The notes under the pieces are model-generated. The model had not been told where the DNA came from and did not search any database. It saw only the letters and a list, made by a program, of their open reading frames with translations. A program made the position numbers and the translations under genes. A stretch of 63,233 nucleotides of DNA, the filler included, from Nemertoderma westbladi (Eukaryota; Animalia; Xenacoelomorpha): assembly GCA_032718475.1 (NCBI GenBank). It is 4 parts of 4 records of this genome, joined end to end, with 100 filler letters (N's around TTAATTAATTAA, not from the genome) between each part and the next. Parts side by side here need not be neighbours in the genome. Positions count along the whole stretch, not along the records: positions 46,594 to 58,938 come from JAUCBJ010003466.1; positions 59,039 to 63,233 come from JAUCBJ010006619.1; 2 more parts are not named here. One strand, given 5' to 3'. Shown in pieces: positions 52,784 through 63,233 of this stretch. Numbering within the stretch: position 1 is the first letter of the stretch; every line of letters starts with the position of its first letter.

Positions 52784-54044
52784 ATGATGTGTTGGCTACC
52801 GGCTATTCTTCTCTTACTTTTAACCTGTGTTCGTGTTTACTCAGAGACATTCACATCGACGACGGCGATGGAGCAGCTACTTATCCAAGATATTGAACTC
52901 GTCAAGGTCTTTGGTAAACATATCGAAAAGGAAGATGTGAAGATAAAGAGATTGAAAACGTATTTCGTAGAGATGCAGGGAGGCAGGGGATCCTACGATG
53001 AGAACAACTACATTGGCAACCCAATAAACGGATTTAAGTTATTGCGGAAGTTTTCAACGGTGTGGAAGGAGGTGAAGCAGTTACTCACTCCTGTAACCGA
53101 GCCAGCGAACAGTCTTATTGACATACTGGATGTATGGAATAAATGGTTTCCTTCTAAGGAGGATGTGTCTGGGGCTGCAGCCGCTCTTATTAGACTACGG
53201 AAAACCTACCAGCTCCAAGCGTCTGATATGATAGAAGGAAACATTAAAGGGGCTGCGCCAACCAATGAGACACTCTCTGCTACGGACTGCTTTGCGATTG
53301 GTCGACAAGCCTATATATTCAAGGATTGGCAGGAAAGTGTAGTTTGGTTGAACGAATCCCTTTTTCGTTTAGATAAACATCAAATAAATTATAACCAAAC
53401 CAAATCAAGAATACTTGAGCAATATGCCCGTGCGTTGTATAAACTAGGTGACGTCACGGACGGTAATAACTCAACGCTGGAGCGTCTATCATTGAATGGA
53501 AATTATTCTAGAATATTACATAGTTTGGGACATTATAGATTTGAAGATTATAATAACCCGAAAATTAATCGAAAGTTAATGTTTGACTCCAGCTTAACTG
53601 CGTCGATATCTAGATCTGTGGAAATCTCTAAAAGTATCGACTACTTTGATTTGAATTTACTACAGGAAACTGTACAGCGATCAATTTTGTCTGAAATCTA
53701 TGAGAGTTTATGTCGTGGAATGGCGCCACCACTAAAACCAAAAATTATATCGAAATTACGATGTCGGAATGTAGCGAGTAGAAAGGCGAGGCTAATTCTG
53801 AAGCCACCGAGAGAGGAGGCGTTGTACTTGGATCCACGAATCGTTGTTTATCACGATATGATATCCGATAAAGAGATACAAATTATTAAACAATTGGGAA
53901 ACTCTAGATTGGAAAGGGCGACAGTTGTTGTTAACGGGAAAACTGTGACAGCGGTGAAAGGACGGGTGCAGAAAAGTGGATGGTTGAATCGAAGCGAACA
54001 CAAGGTTCTGGGACGACTGTACGATAAAATGGAAGATGTTACAG
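52784..54044 (+). CDS. P4HA: Prolyl 4-hydroxylase alpha subunit, exon 1
   Basis: Signal peptide; FTSTTAM, GNPINGFKL, GAAAALIRL..TY, DCFAIGR, YESLCRG, PRIVVYHD, LERATV; phase-1 donor ACAG|GTAGG at 54045. Confidence 0.93.
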
Positions 54045-55279
54045 GTAGGAAGAGTCGGACACAGGTAGGTATGTATAGGAGGTACAGATATGACAGTTAA
54101 GACTACTGCGTGGGTTGGTAATGACCGTAGCAGATGCTATCAGCTACCAACCAGTCAAGTACTTACGTTTATGATAATTTAATTAATTAATGTTATTTAT
54201 ACGAAAGGTTATTTATTAAATCATTTAAACGTTTTCGTAAAACCTTCATTCACATCACATCTCTCCGGAGGTCGTGAGGGGCCCGGGTCGGGTAGTTCTC
54301 CTTTCGGTAAGAATGCTTTAACTTTGGGACTAGTCAGGGCGCATCTCCTCTGCCTATACAATCATATAAGGTAGGAAAACATAGAATAGGGCCTACTACA
54401 TTTATTATTATTATTTAATGTTTTTTTTCTCAATTTATATATTTTTATTTTTTCATTTATTTATTTATTTTATTTATTTATTTTATTAATTTATATATTT
54501 TCTCTATGATTTTTTTTCAATATTTGGTTGGAAGTGCAATTTGTCTCAATATCTGAAATCTAAAATAATTTTTTCCCAATATGTTTTCTCCGAGCCATGC
54601 CTTATTTTATCAATATCTGATTGGCCGCACCTCCAGGCTCTCATTCTGTATCCGTATGATATCGGGTACATTTTCTCAACTACATATTTAGGATTCTAGG
54701 CCGGATGCTAGTTCAACTAACCCTAATTAAAATAACAATCCAAATACACTACACCATAAGCAGTAGACTACATGCAGGCTACAGTACGCCCATTCCCAGT
54801 TTACACTACGTGGTGGCGGCCAATCAGATATTGAGCATAAAAAGACAGGACGGGCGTACGGGCTCATCCAATCAGATATTGTAAAAAAAATTAACGGTTT
54901 AGCCAATCAGATATTAAGCCTAAAAACATTGAGAAGTTTTACTTTAAATTTGACCAATCAAATACATTGAGAAAAAACATAGAATATTAATACTAAATGT
55001 GTAAAATGAGTATCAGTTCCCTCTAGAGTGTATACAGTAGTTCTGGGGGGACCCCACTGGAAATAAGTCGTCAGACTTTGAGCGTAATTCCTGGCCTAAC
55101 GGCCGAAGAAAACTTTACTTTACTTTATTTTTCTTTTACTTTATTTTACGATGAAGACCTTCATTGCACGGTTATGTAGAAAGTTTAAATAATTTATTAG
55201 TATTGTTCATTATATTTTAGATAATAAATATGATTTATCTTCTGTAAAATAATATTTCATATATAAATTTTCTGTCCAG

Positions 55280-55665
55280 GTTTGTCATCTGAAACAGCAG
55301 AAGAATTGCAGCTGGGTAACTACGGTATAGGAGGTCAATTCGAACCCCATGTAGACTTCTTTCCCGCGGAATCATTAAAATCCTTCAAAATATTTGAAAA
55401 TTGGGGAAATCGAATAGCTACAATGTTGTTTTATTTATCAGATGTGGATCTGGGTGGGGCTACAGTATTCACTGAAATAGGAGTTCGCGTTGAACCCGTT
55501 AGGGGGCGCGCTGCATTCTGGTACAACCTCGATCAGAGCGGAGTGGGAGATAGACGCACGAAACACGCCGGGTGCCCAGTGTTGGCGGGGAATAAATGGG
55601 TAGCCAATCAGTGGTTCCACGAGAAGGGACAGGAGTTCAGGAGACCTTGTGTGGCGATTGGTTGA
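55280..55665 (+). CDS. P4HA: Prolyl 4-hydroxylase alpha subunit, exon 2 (catalytic; spliced protein 548 aa)
   Basis: Acceptor tttctgtccAG at 55279 restores VTGLSSETAEELQLGNYGIGGQFEPHVD; GNRIAT, GGATVF, TKHAGCP, NKWVAN retain the HxD..H..K Fe/2OG ligands. Confidence 0.93.
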
Positions 55666-56089
55666 TGCATTGATTTTACTGCCGTCGCATCTTGATTGCA
55701 TTAATTACTATATAATTACTGATTCTAATTACTGTTAGATAGCTGTTAAAAGTGTTACTTTATGAGTACCGGCAGTACGTCTGTAGGTTGACAGTAGAGT
55801 AGTACAGTAGTAGGCCTAAGTGTTCACTGTTCGGGCGGTTTATTATATTTAGTGTTTCTATTCAATATGAATATATTATTGTATTAAGTCGAATCCAATT
55901 TTAACAATTACTAAGTGATTACTTATTAACGTAATTACAACATTCGCTACTCTATAAACAATGAAAGAAGATTAGGACTAAAATAACATATGGGAGAAAC
56001 TATTAGCATCTTTTATCAGCATCTTGTGCGTACTTAATAAATAAATATATTATATTGATAAATATACGTATAAATATAAAATTCCCCAC

Positions 56090-58290
56090 CTCCTCCCATT
56101 TGTACACATTTGTACATTTAAAATGTTACCGTAGGAAAAGCAGTAATTTATTCTCCACCAGAAACAATCTTGAACCAAGTTTTCTCTGCAATAGCTGTAT
56201 TTTTACTGAACTTCCCTTTCATGATACAATTTTAGAATCAGAAACCGACGATTCATTCCTCACATCGCCTCTGCAAACTCCAAGTGATGCTGACAGTGAA
56301 ACTTTTAAATTTTTTAAGAAAAAAGGTCTGCATTTTTTGCATTTAAACGCACGATCTCTGCTTCCCAAACTTTCCGAAATTCGTATTTTAATCAATAAAT
56401 CCAACCGCAGCAGTTTTAACAATCTCTGAAACTTGGCTCGATGATAGCGTTTCTGATGGAGAAATTTACATTGATAATTACGTAGTTTTATGTAAGGATA
56501 GGGATAGACACGGTGGTGGTGTCTGTACTTACATTCGATGTGATTTAGCTTTTAATCGTAGGGAAGATTTAGAGTCTTGTGACGAAGTTTTACTGGTGGA
56601 ACTTTTACTTCCTAAAACTAAACCTATTTTAATCGGTACTTTATATCGGCCCCCTAAACAATCAGATTTTTTGCAAAATTTTGAAAATATAATTTTATGT
56701 AATCTTAGGTCAGACTGTGAAATATATTTCTTAGGTGATTTTAATATCTGTTACCATCACAAAGCATCCCCCATCTGTAAACAGTACCAAAGTATTTTAA
56801 ATTTGTGTGGTTTAAAACAAATTATTCGAGATTCTACCAGAATTACCAGTAAAACTTCTACTTTACTAGATCACATCCTTTGTAATAATACCGATATTAT
56901 TTCTCAATCTGGGGTTTTACCTATAGGTCTAAGCGATCATTTTATAGTTTTTTGCACAAGAAAGACACAAAAATCTTTTTTCGGGGATCATAAAACAGTA
57001 ACAGTTAGGTCTATGAAAAATTACATCAAGGAACGCTTTTTAAGTTTGTTAGTTAATTCAGACAGGGAACCCTGTTTTAAGGCCGCTGACATTAACCTTG
57101 CGTACACTGTTTTTAAAGATATATTTTTAAGGGAGTTGTACTATGCTGGACGCGTCATAAATAATAACATGAGGGGATTCCCTGTTACTTTTCGTAATCT
57201 GTTATGCATCCGACGAGTAATTTAACACCATTGGTATAGCGTAAAAAATGTATGCACCAATTGAATTATTAAATATAACAAATAAGTAGATAAGTTAAGA
57301 AATAATATATCTGAGAAACGTAGGATATATACAATTTTAATTTATTTCTAATAACAAATAAATGATGACAAAATATGTACTTATTTCAATAATATTTTTT
57401 TCATATGCATAATTTTTTTTAAACCGTTCCAATTCAATTAATATATTTATTACTTCGTTTTCGCGAGGGTGGGACAAACAACTAATCAGAAGACATCAAG
57501 GTGCTCGAGCCGAGGCTAAACAACTAATAAGAACTACACTCGCGTTTTATAAACTGGGCTTAATGAGAAACGACAAAAAGTGTACCAGATAGGGTCAACG
57601 TCGGCAAAACCTCCAACGGGGAATCAGTTATAAGCTGCATTTAGCCCACTCCCGACCAATCCGCTTCCGTTTCTTACCCACCGCTGAGAATCGTTCCGTT
57701 TTTTCGGCCCTTTTCTTGCCCCTTTAGCCCCCGGGGAGACGAAGATCTAGCCCCAGCCTTACCAGAGCTAGTGCTTCAAACTTCTACCTCCCGAATTGTA
57801 AATCCTTCGAATCTGATACTTTCTTTTTTAACGGCATTAAAAATTGGAACGCTCTGCCAAATGAAATTAAAAACCTAGATAATCAACATTCTTTTAAATC
57901 TGCAGTTAAATATCACCTCCGTGTGCAATGTAAAAATAGGTACAATAGTCCTACAGTAAGTTATTAGTTTATTAATTAATTTCTATTTATACTGTAATTA
58001 TGTTTTATATTAAATTGTTCTGTACATTACATCTTTATCGTTGAGTCGGGCATTGTCACGCTCTCGGTAAAGTTGTACATGTACATAGTGTAATTACGTT
58101 TTATATTGGTTTTAGGTTAGCGTAGTGTAATATTGTATTTGTAACCAAGTAACATAAAGGACCCCCTTGGAAATAAGCGGCAAAGCTTTAGGGGTAATCC
58201 TATATGTTATGTTGGACAATACCTTTATACCAGTACATTGTTTGGTGTATTTGTTATTGTTTTTACATAATGTATAAATAAATCTATCTA
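56090..58290 (+). mobile_element. L2/Crack-like LINE: PHD remnant and APE endonuclease joined to the 3' end, RT core missing
   Basis: HLKC..FLCNSC..ELPF, HLNARSL, SETWL, GGGV, YRPP, GDFN, DH motifs to ~57125; unrelated insert ~57128-57755; C-terminal TRAS...NWNALPNEIK..SFK at ~57760-57920; 3' tail ggacccccttggaaataag. Confidence 0.85.
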
Positions 58291-58484
58291 TCCCATTGTA
58301 TTTAATGTTATATATAATTTAGCATTTAACATAAATAAAGTAAAAATAAGGGTCGCACTTAATTTAAAAAATTTATCAACAAAATTCAAAGTTTTTACAA
58401 TTTTAGAGTTTACAGTTACAGCAGTTCCCAGACAGTAGAAAGGGCCTTAATCTTATACAGTAGTAGCAACAGAACAATTGCCAT

Positions 58485-58825
58485 GGGGGGGGGGGGGGGG
58501 GGGGGTATAGCATACTGGGATGGGGGTGGGGTGTACAATGGGCAGCCTCGGGTAACGCAACGTATGGTAGAAAGCCAGAGACGGGGGGGGGGGGGTTATA
58601 GCATACTGGGATGGGGGTGGGGTGTACAATGGGCAGCCTCGGGTAACGCAACGTATGGTAGAAAGCCAGAGACGGGGGGGGGGGGGGGTTATAGCATACT
58701 GGGATGGGGTGGGGTGTACAATGGGCAGCCTCGGGTAACGCAACGTATGGTAGAAAGCCAGAGACGGGGTGGGGGGGGGTTATAGCATACTGGGATGGGG
58801 GGTGGGGTGTACAATGGGCAGCCAG
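58485..58825. repeat. ~90-bp G-rich tandem repeat, ~3.5 copies
   Basis: tatagcatactgggatgggggtggggtgtacaatgggcagcctcgggtaacgcaacgtatggtagaaagccagagac-(G)n units. Confidence 0.9.
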
Positions 58826-59038
58826 TAGTATGCTAAACACCGGGATTAAGACAGTGTCTGCCATAGTCTACCATGTTAAAGAATTTGCCGAACGGCTCTT
58901 GCCCGCCTACTTACTATAATTACTATTGTTGCCCCACCNNNNNNNNNNNNNNNNNNNNNNNNNNNNNNNNNNNNNNNNNNNNTTAATTAATTAANNNNNN
59001 NNNNNNNNNNNNNNNNNNNNNNNNNNNNNNNNNNNNNN

Positions 59039-59640
59039 AGCATGTGGACGACTTCTGTTACCTGGGATCATGGATCCGGTAGTCAGGTGAGGACCTTCGA
59101 ATACGTAAGGGAAAGGCATGGGCTGCCTTGAATAGGCTTTCCAGGATTTGGAAGTCACCGAGAATTAATCGGAAACTTAAGGTCCGATTATTTAGAGCAG
59201 CAGTAGTTCCAGTACTCCTCTACGGGAGTCCATGCTGGGCTCTAACTGCTGAGGACACCACATCTCTGGATGGCACATTCACAAGAATGCTACGCCGGGT
59301 TCATTGTGTCAAGTACAATGCACACATCTCCAACGAGACACTATATAACATTGGAGGTGTCTCATTGGTTCCCCCAAGCTTGACAATAGAACAAAATCGC
59401 CTCCGCTTTGCAGGACATTGCTTTCGCCGTGAGGACCAGCCAGTGCATAATCTTGTACTTTGGCAGCCTCATGGAGTGAATAAGCATGGTGGACAGCCCA
59501 TGACTTTCTTGAGACGCATCTTAAAGGACACTGGCCTTAAAAATGCGGATGATCTAGCAAATGTCATGGGTGATAGGGAGTTGTGGCGGTGCAATTTTGT
59601 TGACAAGCCGGCACAGCATTCTTAAAAATGCAGCTGCAAT
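59039..59640 (+). mobile_element. RTE-clade LINE 3' end
   Basis: VDDFCYLGS...RIWKS...KVRLFRAAVVPVLLYGS..W...RMLRR...RLRFAGHCFR. Confidence 0.88.
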
Positions 59641-59856
59641 GCAGCATGCCGATCCTAGTAGGCCCCGATAGTATAAGACTAACTATTTGCAGACCTATAT
59701 TATTAGCTATTTGTAGGCCCTACATTAAATCTTTGTAGGCCTATATTGAATATAAAATTGCTTTAAAAACTTTTTATGATTTTATAAAATCTGGTGGAGT
59801 CCCACAATTATTTTATGACTTTATATGATTAGGAATGTTTATTATTACGATTATAC

Positions 59857-60090
59857 CTGAGCTCTACTGATATGGAGTTCCTTGTGGAACACAGACCACT
59901 GTACCAATTCACCACAGTTTGGGGTTGTTAGGGAACCTCTGTAACGGTAGTAACTGGAGGGATCAAATTCATCTAGCAGGTCACCCAAATCGAACATCTT
60001 TGTGAGAATTGTTTCCTCGTTAAAGTCGTCCACGTTGGGCAGCTTGTCGAATATCGGTTGGAGAAGTTTGTTGGCAATGTCATCGTGGCT
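59857..60090 (-). CDS. CA: Alpha-carbonic anhydrase, third visible exon
   Basis: YYRYRGSLTTPNCGELVQWSVF; AG/GT boundaries, phase 0 on both sides. Confidence 0.9.
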
Positions 60091-60177
60091 CTGAAAAAAA
60101 ATAAAATTGTGTTAATATTGAATTTCATATTTATTATGTTAAATTTTAAATGTTATTATTACTCTTTGTTTAATAGC

Positions 60178-60765
60178 TATTTACATCATTGTATCAAAGT
60201 AGCATTTGCAGTGTTGCAGCGCCCGAGTTTATGGCCCGAGTTTATTTATGTAACGAGCGAGCGCAGCGAGGGAGGTTTACATAAATAAACAAGGGTCTTT
60301 AACGCTGAAAAGTGACCTTTGCTAGCAATAATGTATGTAATTATGTTACATTATGTTAACTTATCAGCGTTCGGTATGTGAAGAAATGATTTATTATCAG
60401 TATCGTTTCGGTATTTAAATTAGTTCATTATTGTTTTACTGCTGGAGCCTCTAAAATGTATTCAGTTGGACGTTTTGACATAATGGAATACAGTTCATGT
60501 TAAACAATAACTGTTATTTACATACAATATTTAGTCCCGCCACTGCAAACTGGATAATAAAGAAGCGCGCATTAATATAAATGGAAGTAATACATTCTGG
60601 AATACGGTAATTTAAGTTGTTTCCATGTCATTGATTACTTTGCAGCGTTCCGTCCTATAGGCCGCAACGCTGCAAAGTGGTACATTGCAGCGTTAAGTTG
60701 ACTTATTTAAAAACAAATTCTTTATTTGTCTGAAATTATTATGAAAAACTTGGATATGTAAATGA
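60178..60765. mobile_element. Possible Crypton-like non-autonomous element in CA intron
   Basis: Internal palindrome tttatttatgtaa-cgagcgagcgcagcgag-ttacataaataaa and ttgcagcgtt..aacgctgcaa repeats; class and boundaries uncertain. Confidence 0.35.
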
Positions 60766-61053
60766 ATTAAAAAAAATAAATTAAAAGAATGTATTACTTA
60801 CCGATACCGGTATGTAATTTATTAAATCAGAAAATAAATATAAAACCAACAAACTTAAATTCACTTTAAGTGTTTAATATGGAATACAAAAACCGATAAG
60901 AATCACATAAAACTACTAAAAAATATTAAACATTAAAATACCTATCAATATGTCCTGGGAATTGAAACACAAAAAACAATTTTGTAACTTGATAATATTA
61001 TGATATATATTTATTAAATATTTATGGGAAAATAAAACAACTCAGGATCTAAC

Positions 61054-61313
61054 TTCAAGCAGAAGGGCCATTACAGCCAAGGCGTTGGGGTCGCCAGAAG
61101 CGAGAGCGTCATCGGCGGTGGGGTACTTGTTATTGAGATAGACGAGGTGGATTTCGAGAGCTGCGTAGTCGTCGTCGAATGCGTGTTCCGATCCGTAATC
61201 GTCAGTGTGTCGGCCGTCCCAGTGGAGATGCATGTTAACGAACTTGTATCTCCCTGGAGACAACCCACCTCCAGAAACCTCAAGGTCCGGGGTTCCAGTG
61301 TACTTCATTTGGA
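61054..61313 (-). CDS. CA: Alpha-carbonic anhydrase exon carrying the Zn ligands
   Basis: MHLHW, GSEH, EIHLV, LAVMALL; acceptor tttgcAG and donor GT, in frame with both neighbours. Confidence 0.93.
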
Positions 61314-62201
61314 CTGCAAAGTACACAAATTATTGTTGCTATAGCAATGTAGAGGTTTAACCCCGAACTACCGATGGGGTCATTTCGACCCAAAGCCATT
61401 TTCAAATTATAACTTTTTTCTAACTTCTACAAAATTCTGTGGATTTGTGCATTTTGATGCAATCTCCAATTGATCGCAATCTATGTCAGAATAATGAACA
61501 AATAATAATTTATACTTTTGTTATAATTTTATTACCCAGGCGACGCGGACTACCGATTGAGGTCATCATCTATAAATATCTATATTACACACACTTACAC
61601 ATTATACATCTCTTACATATTATAGTTTGAAAATTTTTACTTGTATTTTTCGTCCTGGGGGGCCAAAATAGCACCAATAATAATTGATGCATTGCCAGAA
61701 AATATTTTTAACATGTTTTATCGTGATCAACGTCCTCCTCGAAATCCCGTATACCATCAAAATTGTAATTTTTGAGCCAAGATCTAAAAAATGTATAAAG
61801 TCGAGTATTTCGAGCTACATGTAATTTTGGTGCTCTTTTAGTGTCTATTATAAAATAAACAATGAAAATTTTATTCTAATTTCGCCGTGAAATAAAGTAA
61901 ACTCAATGATAGGAATTGGGGGTGCTATGTAACACGGCGTGAAATAAATTAAGTATTCTTTCAGTGTGATTGTACCCTGTTCTACGGTCACGCTGAGGTT
62001 GAGGTAGGCCTAACAGATGCGGACCGGTACCGTCCCGCGTACGGTATCGGTGTGATTAATTATCTCCTAATTCTCTAATAGATAATCTCACACTCGAGTC
62101 GGCGTGAAATACAGTGCTCCTTTATATAACTTTATATATTATATATATATACATTATATAACTTTTATTATAGCTATTTAGATGTTTAAACCTATACATA
62201 C

Positions 62202-62378
62202 CAGTGTGTCCGTTGTTCTTTAGGCTCAGTTTGGATCCTGGAATATCGTGATGGTTTTGCGAGAATACAAGGGGTTTCAGGTTTTTATTGTAAACCGCCT
62301 TTTTCGTCTCGATATTGATGGGAGATTGGCTCGTACCTCCACACGAGTATTTGAAGACATTGGCCCAGTTTTCTCGAT
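62202..62378 (-). CDS. CA: Alpha-carbonic anhydrase, first visible exon
   Basis: W....SCGGTSQSPINI...NNGHT; phase-1 donor joins the next exon; start exon not found in the window. Confidence 0.9.
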
Positions 62379-62744
62379 CTGCAAGAGAATGGAAAATGTT
62401 GCACAATTAAAAAATTATTGATAAGTTGCCAGAATTACGATGCAAAAATGGCAGGAAAGTCTTATTAATAATATCCAAACTAATAATAAATAAATTTCAC
62501 ATTAAATCATATCAATAATATATCAACGGTGCTACTCGACGAGTCTTCTTGTGAAAAGTGGCCGGAAAACGCGTTGATTCGAGAGATTCGGTTCGATTCG
62601 AGAGAGAATATCAAGTCAATAATATATCAATAGCAGTACAGTATCAGTAAGTACAGTACAGCAGGACAGTAACAAAACAAAATTCGAGAATGGATCGGTA
62701 ACAATAAAAATCGAGCTCCTGCTGCTTGTCTTAACAATTAATTA

Positions 62745-63233
62745 TGAAGATAGCAACTTACAATGCAAACTCTGTACGAACTTTGTCGAGTAAATATGTG
62801 ATAGCAAAGCTAGCTGAAACATGCGATATTATTTATACTCCTCCAAGAGACTATACTGCCAAAACAGGAGCTTGCTACTCTTAAAGGTCTCCATAGCGAG
62901 TTCTATGCAGAGGGTTCCTCGCCTGTTGATTATGAAACGGGGATTCTAACTGGGCGTCCATACGGCGGTTTGGGAGTTATGTGGAGGATGAATAACGGCG
63001 CGAACTCAGTAAAGATTTTGGACAACTCAGACCCACGGATAAGGATCGGACACGGATCCACGGGAAAAACTTCATTCTCAAAAATGTTTATATTCCATAC
63101 GATTGTAATGATAACACTAATGATTACATGGATTATCTAGAAGATAAACTAAATTGTTGAAACTATTGACCTTTATGACGTCTGCATTCTAGGCGATTTC
63201 AATGCTCATCCTTCGAAGCGTTTTTATGAGGAG
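62745..63233 (+). mobile_element. Non-LTR retrotransposon APE endonuclease fragment, frameshifted
   Basis: MKIATYNANS..LQET..GRPYGGL..NVYIP..ILGDFNA; runs off the window end. Confidence 0.8.

Noticed and set aside
54045-54100. P4HA read-through tail GRKSRTQV...YDS
   Set aside because: Intronic; splicing at 54045/55279 restores the conserved TGL..AEELQ motif.

Overview
AT-rich metazoan (invertebrate-like) genomic DNA with spliceosomal introns and three 100-bp assembly gaps, dominated by nested transposons. Host genes: a two-exon prolyl 4-hydroxylase alpha subunit (+, 52784-55665), three internal exons of a probably secreted alpha-carbonic anhydrase (-, 59857-62378) and an intronless 464-aa ORF (-, 30178-31572) with an INO80E-like coiled coil and a C-terminal C3H zinc finger. 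Mobile DNA: two BEL/Pao LTR retrotransposons (one + with an open gag-pol cut by a gap, one - and decayed), an orphan 5' LTR related to the second, CR1/L2/RTE LINE fragments, a Ginger-like integrase relic, a duplicated Helentron-associated-like element, and many non-autonomous TIR elements with readable TSDs. Main finding: none of the three BEL 5'-LTR junctions has a tRNA primer-binding site. In each, the 11-14 nt at the PBS position are perfectly complementary to a segment inside the element's own LTR, and the two sequences co-vary between related copies. This suggests Tf1-like tRNA-independent self-priming in BEL/Pao elements. All family assignments come from motif recognition by eye, not database searches.
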